Positions 36,161 to 47,612 of a stretch of DNA of 61,571 bases are shown here, piece by piece. Numbering within the stretch: position 1 is the stretch's first letter; each line of letters starts with the position of its first letter. The notes below the pieces were generated by a model that ran no database searches, was not told where the DNA came from, and saw only the letters and a program-made list of their open reading frames with translations. A program made the position numbers and the translations under genes. This DNA is from Sarea resinae (taxonomy: Eukaryota), in NCBI GenBank assembly GCA_026026165.1, contig JAPEUD010000105.1, forward strand, positions 1 through 61,571, given 5' to 3'.

Positions 36161-37329
36161 ATGGCTGAGAACGGCCAAAACGGCGGGGCTGTTGGCAACG
36201 AGAACATCAACACCGATATCGTGACCCTGACTCGATTCCTCACGGAAGAGCAAGTCAAGCACAAAGAAGCCACCGGAGATTTCACGTACGTTCTGCAGCC
36301 GTTCTAACGCAGATCTCTACTGACAATGCACGCACAACAGCCTCCTCTGCCATGCTCTCCAATTTTCCTTCAAATCCATCGCCTACTATATCCGTCGGTC
36401 CTCTCTCATTGATCTCCAGGGCCTCGCGGGATCCTCCAACACTACAGGCGATGACCAGAAGAAGCTCGATGTCATTGGTAATGATCTCTTCATTGCCGCC
36501 ATGAAGACATCCGGGAAGGTCCGCGTTCTTGTGTCCGAGGAGGAAGAAGAAGCCATCATCTTTGCCGATCAGCCGAACGCCCGTTACGCCGTTGTCTGCG
36601 ACCCCATCGATGGCAGCTCTAACCTTGATGCTGGTGTCAGTGTTGGCACCATCTTCGGCATCATCAAGCTTCGTGAGAATGCCACGGGTACGAAGGAAGA
36701 CCTCCTCGTCCCTGGTACTGAATTGGTCGCGGCTGGTTTCACCATGTACGGTGCTTCGACACAGCTCGTCATCACGATGAAGGGCGGCAGCGTCAATGGC
36801 TTCACACTCGAGAACTCACTTGGCGAATTCATCCTCACGCACCCGAACATGCAGCTGCCGCGAAGTCGTGCCATCTACAGTGTCAATGAGGGCAATGCGC
36901 TGTACTGGGAGGACTCAATCAAGGAGTACTTTGAGAGCCTGAAGTTCCCGGTCAAGGAGGGCGGCAAACCATATAGCGCGCGGTACATCGGTAGCATGGT
37001 TGCTGATGCATACAGAACGCTGCTATACGGCGGCATTTTTGCTTATCCGGCAGATAAGAAGAGCCCGAAGGGCAAGCTGCGGATTCTTTACGAGTGCGCG
37101 CCCATGGCCATGGTCTTTGAGAATGGTGAGTCTGGTTCCTATTCTACTGTGTTGCTCGAATAACGTGGCTGATATCGCCGTAGCCGGTGGTCTGGCCGTC
37201 AACAGCCGCATGGAACGCATGCTAGCGGTTCAGCCCGAACACATCCACGACCGCTCCGGTATCTTCATGGGCAGCCACGACGAAGTGCAAAAGGTCATTG
37301 ACGTCTATAACAAGCACAACAAGAAATAG
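36161..37329 (+). CDS. FBP1: Fructose-1,6-bisphosphatase; introns 36286-36340 and 37126-37183
   Basis: NTDIVTLTRFL, GDDQKKLDV, VSEEE, DPIDGSSNLDAGVSVGTIFGI, YSVNEGN, YSARYIGSMVAD.YRTLLYGGIF.YP, GKLRILYEC.P. Confidence 0.97.
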
Positions 37330-38613
37330 TCCACTCACCTATCTCCTTCCTCCCGTCACTACCCGCCACCTGTCAAGGTTAGCCCTCTCGCCGCCTATAT
37401 ATCCACCTGTCGATTCCCACCCCTCAGCAGCACTTCCAAGTCGTCGTTGATGCGGCGGTCTTTTTCGCATTCCTCCTACGATCTTTCAAATCCCTTGTTG
37501 TTTGTATGTCTCCTGTGAACAAGCACATCCGTACGTGCGTCTCTGCGGCAAACGAGTATTTGTTTTGGGATCAAAAGTCCTCTCTTCTCCCCGTCAGTCT
37601 ATCCCAACGAGCTGCAGGAACCTCTATTCAAGCGCAGGAGGAAACGCACAAAAGGATATTGGATTAGTCGTGTACTTGGATAGTGTCATAGTCCCCAGAT
37701 CTTATAGCTAGCCAATTCAATGCACACAATCAAAATGTATACTCCGGAGTACGGCAACCATGATGAAGTGGTGATACCTCGTAGCCCTATCATTCATACT
37801 CCGGAGTAGCAAGGGCTCGTATCTGATGCACCTACCTAACAAGGCTGTGCAAGCACGCTGTCGGGTTCTAGACCTGAACGACCGTATACGGGGGCGTATA
37901 CGGGGCGCCAATGAAGGACGAGGATCCGAATCAAGCACAAAACGCTCATGCCATTCGTTCCAGGTACCCAACGGCCACTGGTCACTCGGTCCCCCTATGC
38001 ATCCCGCATTATTCAGCAGACTCGGCACAAAACTCTCATCCCTACATAACATGACATTACTACTGTAAAGGACGACGATTCACAGTCATCCGTGACGTGC
38101 TGGATCTGGGCGGCGGAATCTACGTGCCGGAGCGGCGCCCGCGGAAACTCTAAGCCATGATCGTCGTGAACCCCGCCTCATCTGGAAATAAGAGGCAGGG
38201 TTTCTCAGTGCGAGATGTCCTTGCTGCTTGCTGCGTTTGAGACAGAGGGCCCAACTTCCCCAATCATCATCATCATCTGGACCTTTCGGCGATAAGAGAT
38301 GGCGGCCCTGGAGATCTGGGGGACCCAGTCGAGACTGGGGGCAGACCTTGCATCGGCTACAATCATCCTGGATGCCACTTCAGGCAAAAAGGATACCTGC
38401 AGCCATCTCAACTACGCGCAAAGGCCTCAAGAATGATTACCTGAGGTTGCGATGAGAAGTCTAGATACGCTTGTTAGAACTTGAACGTCAGACGTCACTT
38501 GGACTCTTTCGCACAAATTGGAGATGCTTCATTCCTTGACCGTGCCTCTTCCTGATATGAACTGTCTCTCATGCCTGGCCTAATTGAGCATACATCCTTT
38601 CCAAGCATACGAA

Positions 38614-41126
38614 ATGATTGTCCCGCAAGCGTCTCTGTCGCTGGTGACGCTGTTCCTGCTTTTTACCACAGTAGCAAACGCTGCTCTGCGCACCTTCAAC
38701 TTCACATTGCATAGCGGACTGAGGGCTCCAGGTAAGAGACCCGACGCCCAGGCCTATTAGGTCTTCTTCAAGGTCGCGAACTGCTTTTTGACTCCAATAC
38801 AGATGGCTTTCGCCGCGAGGTGTATCTGATCAATGGACAACAACCTGGGCCCCTGATAGAAGTCGAAGAAGATGACATCCTCGAGGTTACTGTCAAAAAT
38901 GATCTCGATGTTGAGAATACGATTCACTGGCATGGTTAGTATTCGCCGTGATGCGGTTGTTGGATTTACTCTCAGAGATATACTGAATTGGACAGGACTA
39001 TTCCAACGGGGTTCTCCACAAATGGATGGCACTCCAGGAGTCACTCAGGTACAATCAAAGATAGCCTATGGCTGATATAAGGTCTTCGATCAGAGTCTAC
39101 TTACATCCCAATTCTAGTATCCAATCCCACCCGGAGGCACGTACACCTACAGGTTCTCCACAGCCAATCAGTATGGTTTCTACTGGTATCATTCCCACGT
39201 TCGAGCGTACTACGACGATGCTATACGTGGGGGGCTGTTGATCCATCCGTCTCCTTCTCGTTCACGATCATTTCAGAGCCTGGCACGTAATGCCACCGAT
39301 GTAACGAAATTGCTGCGAGCGGAGCGAAAAGCGGTCTCCATCCTTCTGAACGATTGGACCCACGAGCTTTCCGACACAATATACAGCCAGTACTTCCGGA
39401 CCGGAGCTTATCCGTTCTGCGTTGACAGCATTTTGGCAAATGGCTTTGGAAGGGTTCAATGTCTTCCAGAAGCCGTCCTTCAAGCGGGTACCGGACTGGG
39501 GATTTCTCAAACGCCCGTTACAGCGACTCAGGCCACCAGCACATCGATGAGCTCGAGCGCCATGACCGCGATGAGCTCGAGTACTATGGCCGCTATGTCT
39601 TCGAGTACTATGGCCGCTATGTCCTCGAGTACCATGGCTGCAATGAGCTCCGGCACCATGGCGGGAATGTCCTCGGACGCTATGGCTGCAATGAGCTCCA
39701 ATACCATGGCTGCGATGAGCTCGAATGCTATGGCTAGCATGCCAATGTCTACTGGGCTGTCTCCTCGTGGCTGCATGCCCCCCGACATGTTCAGGCCTGG
39801 CTATAACAGTAGTTCTCTGCCCCCAGATACGTGTACGAATACGACGTCGCCACTGCTTAATATTCTTGCCGATAGCACTGATGGCTGGTTGGCACTCAAT
39901 CTTGTCAACTCCGGAGGTGTCAGTATGCTCAGGGTATCTCTGGATTCGCATTCGATGTTTGTGTACATGGCCGATGGCCTCTACGTGGATATTCAAGAAG
40001 CAAACGTATGCGAATGCCCGTCAACCATATCCAAGAGGCCTGCAAGACTGATGGTGACTAGGTAATCGAGATGAGCATCGGGCAACGGTATTCCGTTCTC
40101 ATCCGACTCGACCAGGCACCGGGAAGCTATGCGCTCAGATATGCCACATATCCAACAGGCGATATGCAGCAGGTTTTGGAGGGTCATTCTATCGTGACAT
40201 ACTCTGTGAGTATACTCGATATATCTATCGTCATAGGTAGCTGATGAGCGCATCTAGGACAATATCATACCGGCAGTCGGCTGTCAACCAGACCCGTCAG
40301 GGGTATACATGCTTGTGAATGGTTCTGCAGTTGCTGGCGCATCAACCCTCCAAGCCGAGAAGCTGGCGCCGTTCTCTGGTAACACGCCGCCCAAGACGGC
40401 CAACTTGACTAAGGTCTTCACCATCAATCAAACCGACATTACCGACTGGGTTGTCAACAAGCAACCTTATTCTGAAGCAAAGACCCCCATCCTCTTTGAT
40501 AATTCTACCATTTTGGCCACGGACACAACGATACCCCTCCCCTTCAATTCGACGGTCGATGTCATTATGACTATAGCGAACGACTCTATGGATATGGTAC
40601 CAGCCCTCTGCTATGTTGTCCCTGATAAATGACGCGAGGGCCAAGCTGATGTGGGCATGAACGATACAGATGGGCCATCCTATGCATCTGCACGGGCACA
40701 AGTTCTGGATTCTTGGTTCTGGCTCTGATAGCTTCCCTTATACATCTGTGGAAGAGGCGCCGGCTTCCATGATCAACATTAAAAACCCACCATACCGCGA
40801 TACGGCGAATCTACCAAACGCTGGCTGGCTTGCAATTCGGTCAGTTGGGTCCCGATTGGACTAGCAACGGAAGGCTTCCAGATGAGCTAACAGCCTGTTG
40901 CAGATTCATATCCGATAATCCAGGTGCTTGGATGTTCCACTGCCATATCCAATGGCATGTCATCGTCTGTGCCCCTCTCTAGTTTCGTCTTTCTTTTTTC
41001 CACGTGAAACAAGCTGACAATGAATAGAGTGGTATGGGCTTGGTATTTGTAGAGGGTCGCGACATGATTGCTCCTCTGCTGAAGGAAGGCAATAATATAA
41101 CGGGAATGACGACGACACCAGCATGA
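38614..41126 (+). CDS. Secreted three-domain multicopper oxidase (laccase-like, AA1); eight predicted introns; Met-rich insert
   Basis: Signal peptide MIVPQASLSLVTLFLLFTTVANA. All four copper motifs: IHWHG, WYHSH, HPMHLHGH and HCHIQWHVI/SGM (axial Met). Confidence 0.92.
39547..39738 (+). repeat. Coding tandem repeat, 8 x 24 nt, encoding MSSx(T/A)Mxx
   Basis: Units start at 39547, 39571, 39595, 39619, 39643, 39667, 39691 and 39715. Confidence 0.92.
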
Positions 41127-41298
41127 GCCGTCGGCTCGTGGCTTTAGTTGGATGAGTATCTGAAATAAGAGTCGGCGGACATGATGATCATGATGAATCC
41201 TGAATGATGCCTGTGAGACGTAGTTTGCCAATTCCAAGTAGACGATCAATGAGCCATCTCATGACAAAATAAAGCGTCTTGAAAGTCTTTGAGGATTG

Positions 41299-41351
<53 letters not shown>
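41299..41351. repeat. Compound microsatellite (TAC)n(TGC)n
   Basis: Direct reading downstream of the oxidase gene. Confidence 0.9.
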
Positions 41352-41352
<1 letters not shown>

Positions 41353-43074
41353 TACGTGCGGAAGATGTACCCATGGATGCTGGACTGCCCGGGATGGAGT
41401 CTCAGATCGGATCAGGCAGCGCCGCCAAGCATCTGCTTCCCGACTGGATAGGGACCAAAGTCAAAGAAGACGCGAGCGCGCGAGGGCGAGGGCGAGGGCG
41501 CGGGCGAGAAGGCGGGACCACAAGAATAGGGCGAAATGTGCACGGAAGGCCACCCATGTGGCAGACCACCATCCTCCATTCCTCGTTACGTCAAAGACGG
41601 AGGGAGAGGCGGAGCAAGAGTCCAGATGTACGAAGACTCGATAATAATTAATTATCCTGTTCTGTTCCTGCATGTTATTTCCCGCGCTTGGCCTTTGTCG
41701 GATTGAACCCTGCCGCCCATCCAAGGCACCGCACCTAGCCGAGATTGCAGCGTGCCGTCCGAGGGCTCCCATGACCAATGGACTGGCCAGCTCGGCCATG
41801 GTGCGACTCGTGCGGGCAAGAGGGCAGACGGCTGCAGTCGGCGCATGGGGATACGAGGAGAGGACGAAGGAGAGGACGAGAGGGATCATGTTGCCTGATG
41901 ATGGGATGCATGCACGCCATACTGTTGTTTGCTCTTCAGTAGATGCTGCCTACATAGTAGATGTCTTTCTTCTCTCTCCATGAATTGTCGATGGTGAGAC
42001 TGGGCATCGCACGGGACATGAAGTCGTCATATGGATGGATAGGGGTCAGGTCAAGACCCGACAGCAGCACTGCGGGGAGATGAGACGAGGGAATGCAGTC
42101 CTGCCGCATGAATAGCTCATCCAACAATACGAAATGCTGCACATTTCTCGATCGAATGGATCCATCCACGGCCAGCCACAGTCGGCCCAGAGAGCCCATT
42201 CCCGGCCCCTGGACCTGCTGGAGGATGGTGTTTGGTGTTTGCCGTCGTCTCGCGCGTGCGGCTTGGCCGTACGGGCTTAGCTCCAGCGCGAGACGATCCT
42301 ACATTACGATCCTCCACTCCGGCTCCTGCTACTCTTCTGACCTGGAATTGCTACCTTGCCCTCTTGCCCTCTTGCCCTCTCGCCGGCCACTTTGCCTTTC
42401 TCTTGGACCGCACCAGGAACGGCATTAGGCTCCTCCCGATCTAGCCCCCCCGCCCTTGGCTGGCCGTGTGCTGACCGCCAAGCCCTGTGCTGAGGTAGCT
42501 GCAGTCGTCGGCCGAGATGGGCGACGGGTTCGAGAGGACATGAAGGGGCATCGAGGGCCGAGGAGGTGGCACAGACACGGCGTCTACACCAACAAAAGGG
42601 TCTTGCCTTGATTGGATCTGGGTGCGTCCAGGCTGCCGTCGCAGTCGGTCCGCATCGCCTCTTCTCGTGCCTGGATTGAGGCCCGCCAACAAGCCACAGC
42701 ACCAGGCACTCGTTGCACTAATCTAGTGATGCCTTCGCAGATGACTACTACTATGTATGCTACTACATACCCACCGCATCGCCCACTTTTGCTCTCCTCT
42801 TCTGTCTCTCTCTCTCTCTTACTCTTCATTCGCTCTAATTCATCAAGCCGGTACATACTACCATCGTCACTCTTTTGTCGAATCTGATCAGAGATCAATC
42901 CATTCGTTCTTCTTTCTTCGCAGTAAATCTTTATTGCATCTTACTTGTGCATCTGCACCGTCACTCATTTGGAATATCTGTTCTGCCTCCCGTCCATTTG
43001 CCCCACCGCAATACCAGTCTCGACAGTTCATCTTCATCCCGAATCCATCTCCGCGACACATACATTCATCCATC

Positions 43075-43953
43075 ATGCGCACTTCTCTCGTCGCCCTGTT
43101 CGGTGCTGCCCTGGCCAGTCTCACCAATGCCTACACGACCCCCGTCGGAGCCAGCCCCGAGGGAAATGCCATCACCAAGCCCGGCCTCGCTGAGATCGTG
43201 CCCGTCGGTGCACCCTACAAGATCACTTGGGACCCAAGCACCCAAGGCACCGTGACATTGGTGCTGCTGCGCGGCCCAAGCAACAACGTTCTTCCGCTGT
43301 ACCCCATCGCCCAGGAGATCCCGAACAGTGGTTCATACGAGTGGACTCCCAGCTCGGATCTCCAGCCCGACACCACCCACTACGGCATTCAATTGATCGT
43401 CGACTCCAACGGCCAATACCAATACACCAGCCAATTCGGCATCAGCAATCCCAACTACTCTGCATCTTCCTCTTCCTCTTCTGCTTCGTCGTCTTCGTCT
43501 TCGTCTTCAGCCGTCGTTACTCCTGCCCTCGGCGGCCCCGTCAGTGCGGCCAATCAAGAACAGGTCGCCAACTCTTCCGCTCCATCCAAGGCCTCTTCGG
43601 TCTCGAGCTCCATCTCCAGCATCGCGTCGACGGCAACGGCCTCGGCCCAATCCAACCAATCCGCGCCGTCTAGCTCCGCTGGTTCCGCCGCGTCCTCTTC
43701 ATACGTCGCGGCTACGTCGTCGGGTGCCTCCGTGACCAGTTCCGGCTACGCTGCCGCTACCTCCTCATACGCCCAGGTCACGAGCTCCTACAGTGCGCCG
43801 TCGACCTTGAGCACTTCCGCCGTGTCGACGAGCAAGCCCGCCAACGCTACTTCGAGCCCGCTGGCCTCCACCGGCGGAGCAGGCAAGACCGCTTTGCATT
43901 TTGGTGGTGTTGTTGCCGGTAGCATTGGTGCGGCCATGGTTCTGTTGCTTTAA
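43075..43953 (+). CDS. Ser/Thr-rich GPI-anchored cell-wall protein (Kre9/Knh1-like N-terminal domain)
   Basis: Signal peptide MRTSLVALFGAALASLTNA; GN.I..PG...V.VG..Y.ITW, LVLLRGP, I.NSGSY.WTP, YGIQL......YQY..QF; Ser-rich stalk; hydrophobic C-terminal GPI signal. Confidence 0.88.
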   Translation: MRTSLVALFGAALASLTNAYTTPVGASPEGNAITKPGLAEIVPVGAPYKITWDPSTQGTVTLVLLRGPSNNVLPLYPIAQEIPNSGSYEWTPSSDLQPDTTHYGIQLIVDSNGQYQYTSQFGISNPNYSASSSSSSASSSSSSSSAVVTPALGGPVSAANQEQVANSSAPSKASSVSSSISSIASTATASAQSNQSAPSSSAGSAASSSYVAATSSGASVTSSGYAAATSSYAQVTSSYSAPSTLSTSAVSTSKPANATSSPLASTGGAGKTALHFGGVVAGSIGAAMVLLL

Positions 43954-44235
43954 ATATTAAGGGAAAATAAGACCGAAGGCGTGTATTATGAGAGTTTGTC
44001 GGCCGATCTGAGCCATTCATGTTATATCGAACCCGCAAGGTCTTTTATGTTGAGCATCCGGTTTGAGCATTGATAATGTCATTTTATAAAGCTGGCGCAT
44101 ATTGAGCCATTTCTCCATATCGCAATTCTTTTGCATTGGTAAATCAGACAGCCGTCGTGACCCTCTACGCGTGTTGGCCTCTTCAGGTCGTGTATGAGTG
44201 TGCGCTCCAGCCACTTGAAGACCTAGATCTGGATC

Positions 44236-44526
44236 TCACCCTCGACGCTCTTGGTCCCTCCTCGCTTTGAGCAGGCGCATCGTCCGGTCCGCCCCGGCCG
44301 GATCAAGAAAAGGCTGCGGTATCGCCGTCAGGTCGCACGGTATCGCCTTCACATTATCACGCTTCTTCTTTGATTTCTCGAACGCGACACCAGCGTCGTT
44401 GGAGCCAGACGGCGCCGTCGTGTAGCTTGTAGATGTGCTGAGCCGTCGTTGTTGTGGCGAGCGCGTGGGCGGGCGAAGAGGTCCTTTGAGAAGAGGACGG
44501 CGAGGGGGAGTCGCCGTAGATGACAT
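44236..44526 (-). CDS. Possible small orphan protein (96 aa, basic and Pro/Ser-rich)
   Basis: ATG in a good context (accATGT) at 44526 and an open frame to 44236. No family recognised. Confidence 0.35.
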   Translation of the reverse strand: MSSTATPPRRPLLKGPLRPPTRSPQQRRLSTSTSYTTAPSGSNDAGVAFEKSKKKRDNVKAIPCDLTAIPQPFLDPAGADRTMRLLKARRDQERRG

Positions 44527-44914
44527 GGTCAGATGTGAGCTTGGATCAACGGAGAACAGGCGGTTTCGTTGATGATCTGGTGGATAGATGGCCAGTTTAG
44601 AAATCGGGATAGATTCACGGGGTTGTAGGGAGGTTTGATCTCCCTCGAGGACAATGAATGGATGTATGCTGCCTACGAGACGGCCTGTCGCCGAGCCGAG
44701 AGTTCGCATCACATTGGATTGATCTGGATCAGGTGGATCGCTTCCAGTGATCCTCGCATCGCATCCATCGCATCTGCATCGCCAAAAGTTTCCAGCCCTC
44801 ACGACTACAACTGCGACTCCCAACTCTCTAAACTACCGCCCACAAAACACGTCGACATCGACATTGACATCAATTCGAGCTCATCCCGCGCCGACGACCT
44901 CACGATACCTTTGC

Positions 44915-46258
44915 ATGCTCCGGAATCTCTTTCGCATGGCCACCGAGATCAATCCCGCCAAAAAACTCAAAATGTCCTCCCCACTGATCGGAACGCACAA
45001 GTATGTGTTTCCTGCTCCGCCCCTCCTCTCCCCTCTCCTCCGCTCCCCTCCTCTCTCGTCCCGTCCCGTCCCGTCCCTCTCCACCAAGATCACGATCGAA
45101 CGACGCCTCCAATTACCAAATTATTAACGCTTCTCCTGCTTCAGCGGGCACTTCCACGCGGACGAAGCCCTCGCCGTCCACCTGCTCCGACACCTGCCCG
45201 CCTACGCCTCCTCGCCGCTCCTCCGCACCCGCGACCCCGCGCTCCTGGACACCTGCCACACGGTCGTCGACGTCGGCGGTGCCTACGACCCGGCCGCCAA
45301 CCGGTACGACCACCACCAGCGCGACTTCAGCGCCACCTTTCCCTCTCACCGCACCAAGCTGTCGTCCGCCGGCCTCGTCTGGCTGCACTTTGGAAAGGCC
45401 ATCATCCGGGCGCGCTGCGAGGGGCTCGAATCTAGCACCACCACTATTACCACCGACGACGGCGACAACCATGGCAGCACCACCGACGACACCACCGACG
45501 ACACCACCAACGACACCACGACGCTCCTCTGGAAGAAGCTCTACGCCGACTTCATCGAAGCCATCGACGCCAACGACAACGGCATCCCCAACATCTCCCC
45601 TTCGGACCTCGCCGCCGCCTCCCTCTCCAAGCGCTTCCATGACACCGCCCTCACCCTGCCCTCGCTCATCAGCGACCTGAACTTCGCGCCCCCTTCTTCC
45701 ACATCCACCCCCAAACCCCCCACCCAGCTCCAAGCCGAAGAAGACGCCCGCTTCCAGACCGCCAGCGCCCTGATCGGCACCGCCTTCGACCGCAAACTCC
45801 GCATCGTCCACCAGGCCTGGCTGCCGGCGCGCACCACCCTCCGCGCCGCCTACGACGCCCGCACCGTGCCGGAACTCCTCGTCTTGCCCGCCGGCGGCGT
45901 CCCCTGGAAAGAGCACCTCTACGCGCTCGAAGCCGGCTCCTCCCCTACTACCACTGACACCACCACCCCCGGCACTACTGACACCACCACGACCAAACGC
46001 GTCCTCTACGTCCTCTACCCCGAACTCCCCGGCGGCCCGCCCGAGTCGAAATGGCGCATCCAAAGCGTGCCCGTGTCGGCCGACAGCTTCGAGAGCCGCA
46101 AGCCCCTGCCGGAGCAGTGGCGCGGCCTGCGCGACGCCGAGCTGGACCGCGTCGCCGGGGTCGACGGGTGCGTGTTTGTGCATGCCAGTGGCTTCATCGG
46201 CGGGAATCGGACGTGGGATGGGGTGTGGGAGATGGCGAGGTTGGCGCTGGAGCTGTGA
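44915..46258 (+). CDS. MYG1: MYG1 3'-5' RNA exonuclease (UPF0160, DHH-like); intron 45001-45144; alternative ATG at 44936
   Basis: IGTHN/GHFHADEALAV.LL, RTRDP, VVDVGG.YD....YDHHQR.F, TKLSSAGLV..HFG, AIDANDNG, F.SRKPLP..WRGLRD..L, FVHASGFIGG. Confidence 0.93.
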
Positions 46259-46579
46259 AAGAGGAGTAGTGAGGGGTGAGGTGTGAGGGGGGGTTGGGCT
46301 TTTGTCGTCTTTGGTTTTTTTCTTTTGGGTTTTCGGGAGAGGGGGCTCGGTTCCATGGGGCGGAGGTCAGAGTCGCCTCGGGTTGAAGTAGAGGATGGCA
46401 TGGCACGGGATGGCACGGGATGGCACGGGATGGGACCAAAAGGAACGAAAAGGGGACGAGAAGGGTTGGCACAGGCACAGGCACAGGCACAGATAAAGGA
46501 CGGGTATCAAGCACTCAAAAGTTTCTCTCTCCAACGCCCCAAAAGCAATAGATTCAATCATCTATCTACAAACCCCCCT

Positions 46580-46760
46580 TTCTTTTCTTTTCTTTTCTTT
46601 TCTTTTCTTTTCTTTTCATTTCATCTCTTTTCTGTCTTTGGACTCTTTCGACTCTTTGGACTCTGTGATAGGAAAACCTGCCAGGCCAGACCAGGCCACG
46701 CCAGACCACGCCAGACCACGCCAGACCACGCCAGACCACGCCAGGACAGGACAGGACAGG
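46580..46760. repeat. Simple repeat cluster: (TTTTC)n, (CCAGACCACG)n, (GGACA)n
   Basis: Direct reading in the convergent MYG1-OXR1 intergenic region. Confidence 0.85.
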
Positions 46761-47612
46761 TCGGGTCGGGTCCAGCAACCGTGTCTAACCTCCTCCTTCT
46801 CCTCCTCCTCTGTGACGCGCAGCCAGACAGTCCGAAAGCGGATCGCTCAAGAATCGAAACCAGATCGAAAAATCTTCTAGACGCTATTGCGCGTGCGTGC
46901 TCGAGCGATGAGGACCTAGCACCAGCACCAGCGCCCGCCCGCAAGTCGAGTGATGCACAGACCAAGATCGAGATATTTGCAGATTCGATCCGATCCGATC
47001 CGAATCGATCAGATAGATAGGTAGGTGGGTGGGTGGGTGACGGCCTTCGCTGTCCGATACGGTTGGATTTTCTTTGCCGGTTGGTTGGTTGGATGGATGG
47101 GTCCGCGCGTGCGTGTGTGGGAGCTTGATTATGAGGAATGCCGTTTTGAGGAACGCCGATCTCTCGGGAGATGTGGGTATGTCTGGTAGTTGGTTTTGCT
47201 TGTGAGGGGCTTGGGTGTGGGGTGTGAGGTTTTGATGGATTGGGTGGTTGGATTGATTGGATGAATGGGATGGGTGCCGGAGATGATTGTTATGAGATGA
47301 GATGAGATGAGATGGGATGGATGGATGGAATGGGATAGGAAGGCGACATATGTTTGATTAAGCTCTTGACGGCTGAGGTCTTGCCCTTCCACCTCCCATA
47401 GCCGGTGGGTCGGCCGGCGGTTTGGTTGTTGACTTAGTCACGGATATGAACTTGTCCAAAAAGGCCCTTCCTTTTTCCCTTCGCCTCCTTGTCGTTCTCC
47501 CGTTGGTCGGTGACCGGGTATCAGAAAGGCAGAAAAGAGAGTGGAACCGAGGTAGCGGGAGCGGGAGCGGGAGTGGCAGTAGGATTGTGAGGGCTGGCAG
47601 ACAGAAGACATG

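Noticed and set aside
39547..39738. 24-nt periodic repeat as a possible CRISPR-like array
   Set aside because: Units are contiguous with no spacers, vary at synonymous positions and lie in a coding exon of a eukaryotic gene.
42757..43074. 106-aa N-terminal extension of the GPI protein in the ORF track
   Set aside because: The signal peptide starts at ATG 43075. The upstream part is pyrimidine-rich promoter/UTR-like sequence and may contain a 5' UTR intron.
45113..46183. 356-aa antisense ORF over MYG1
   Set aside because: Shadow ORF produced by extreme GC3 bias in the sense gene; no recognisable motifs.
46283..47020. 245-aa ORF downstream of MYG1
   Set aside because: Made of translated microsatellites (AQAQAQ, FFSFL, PRQ/HAR repeats); not protein-like.
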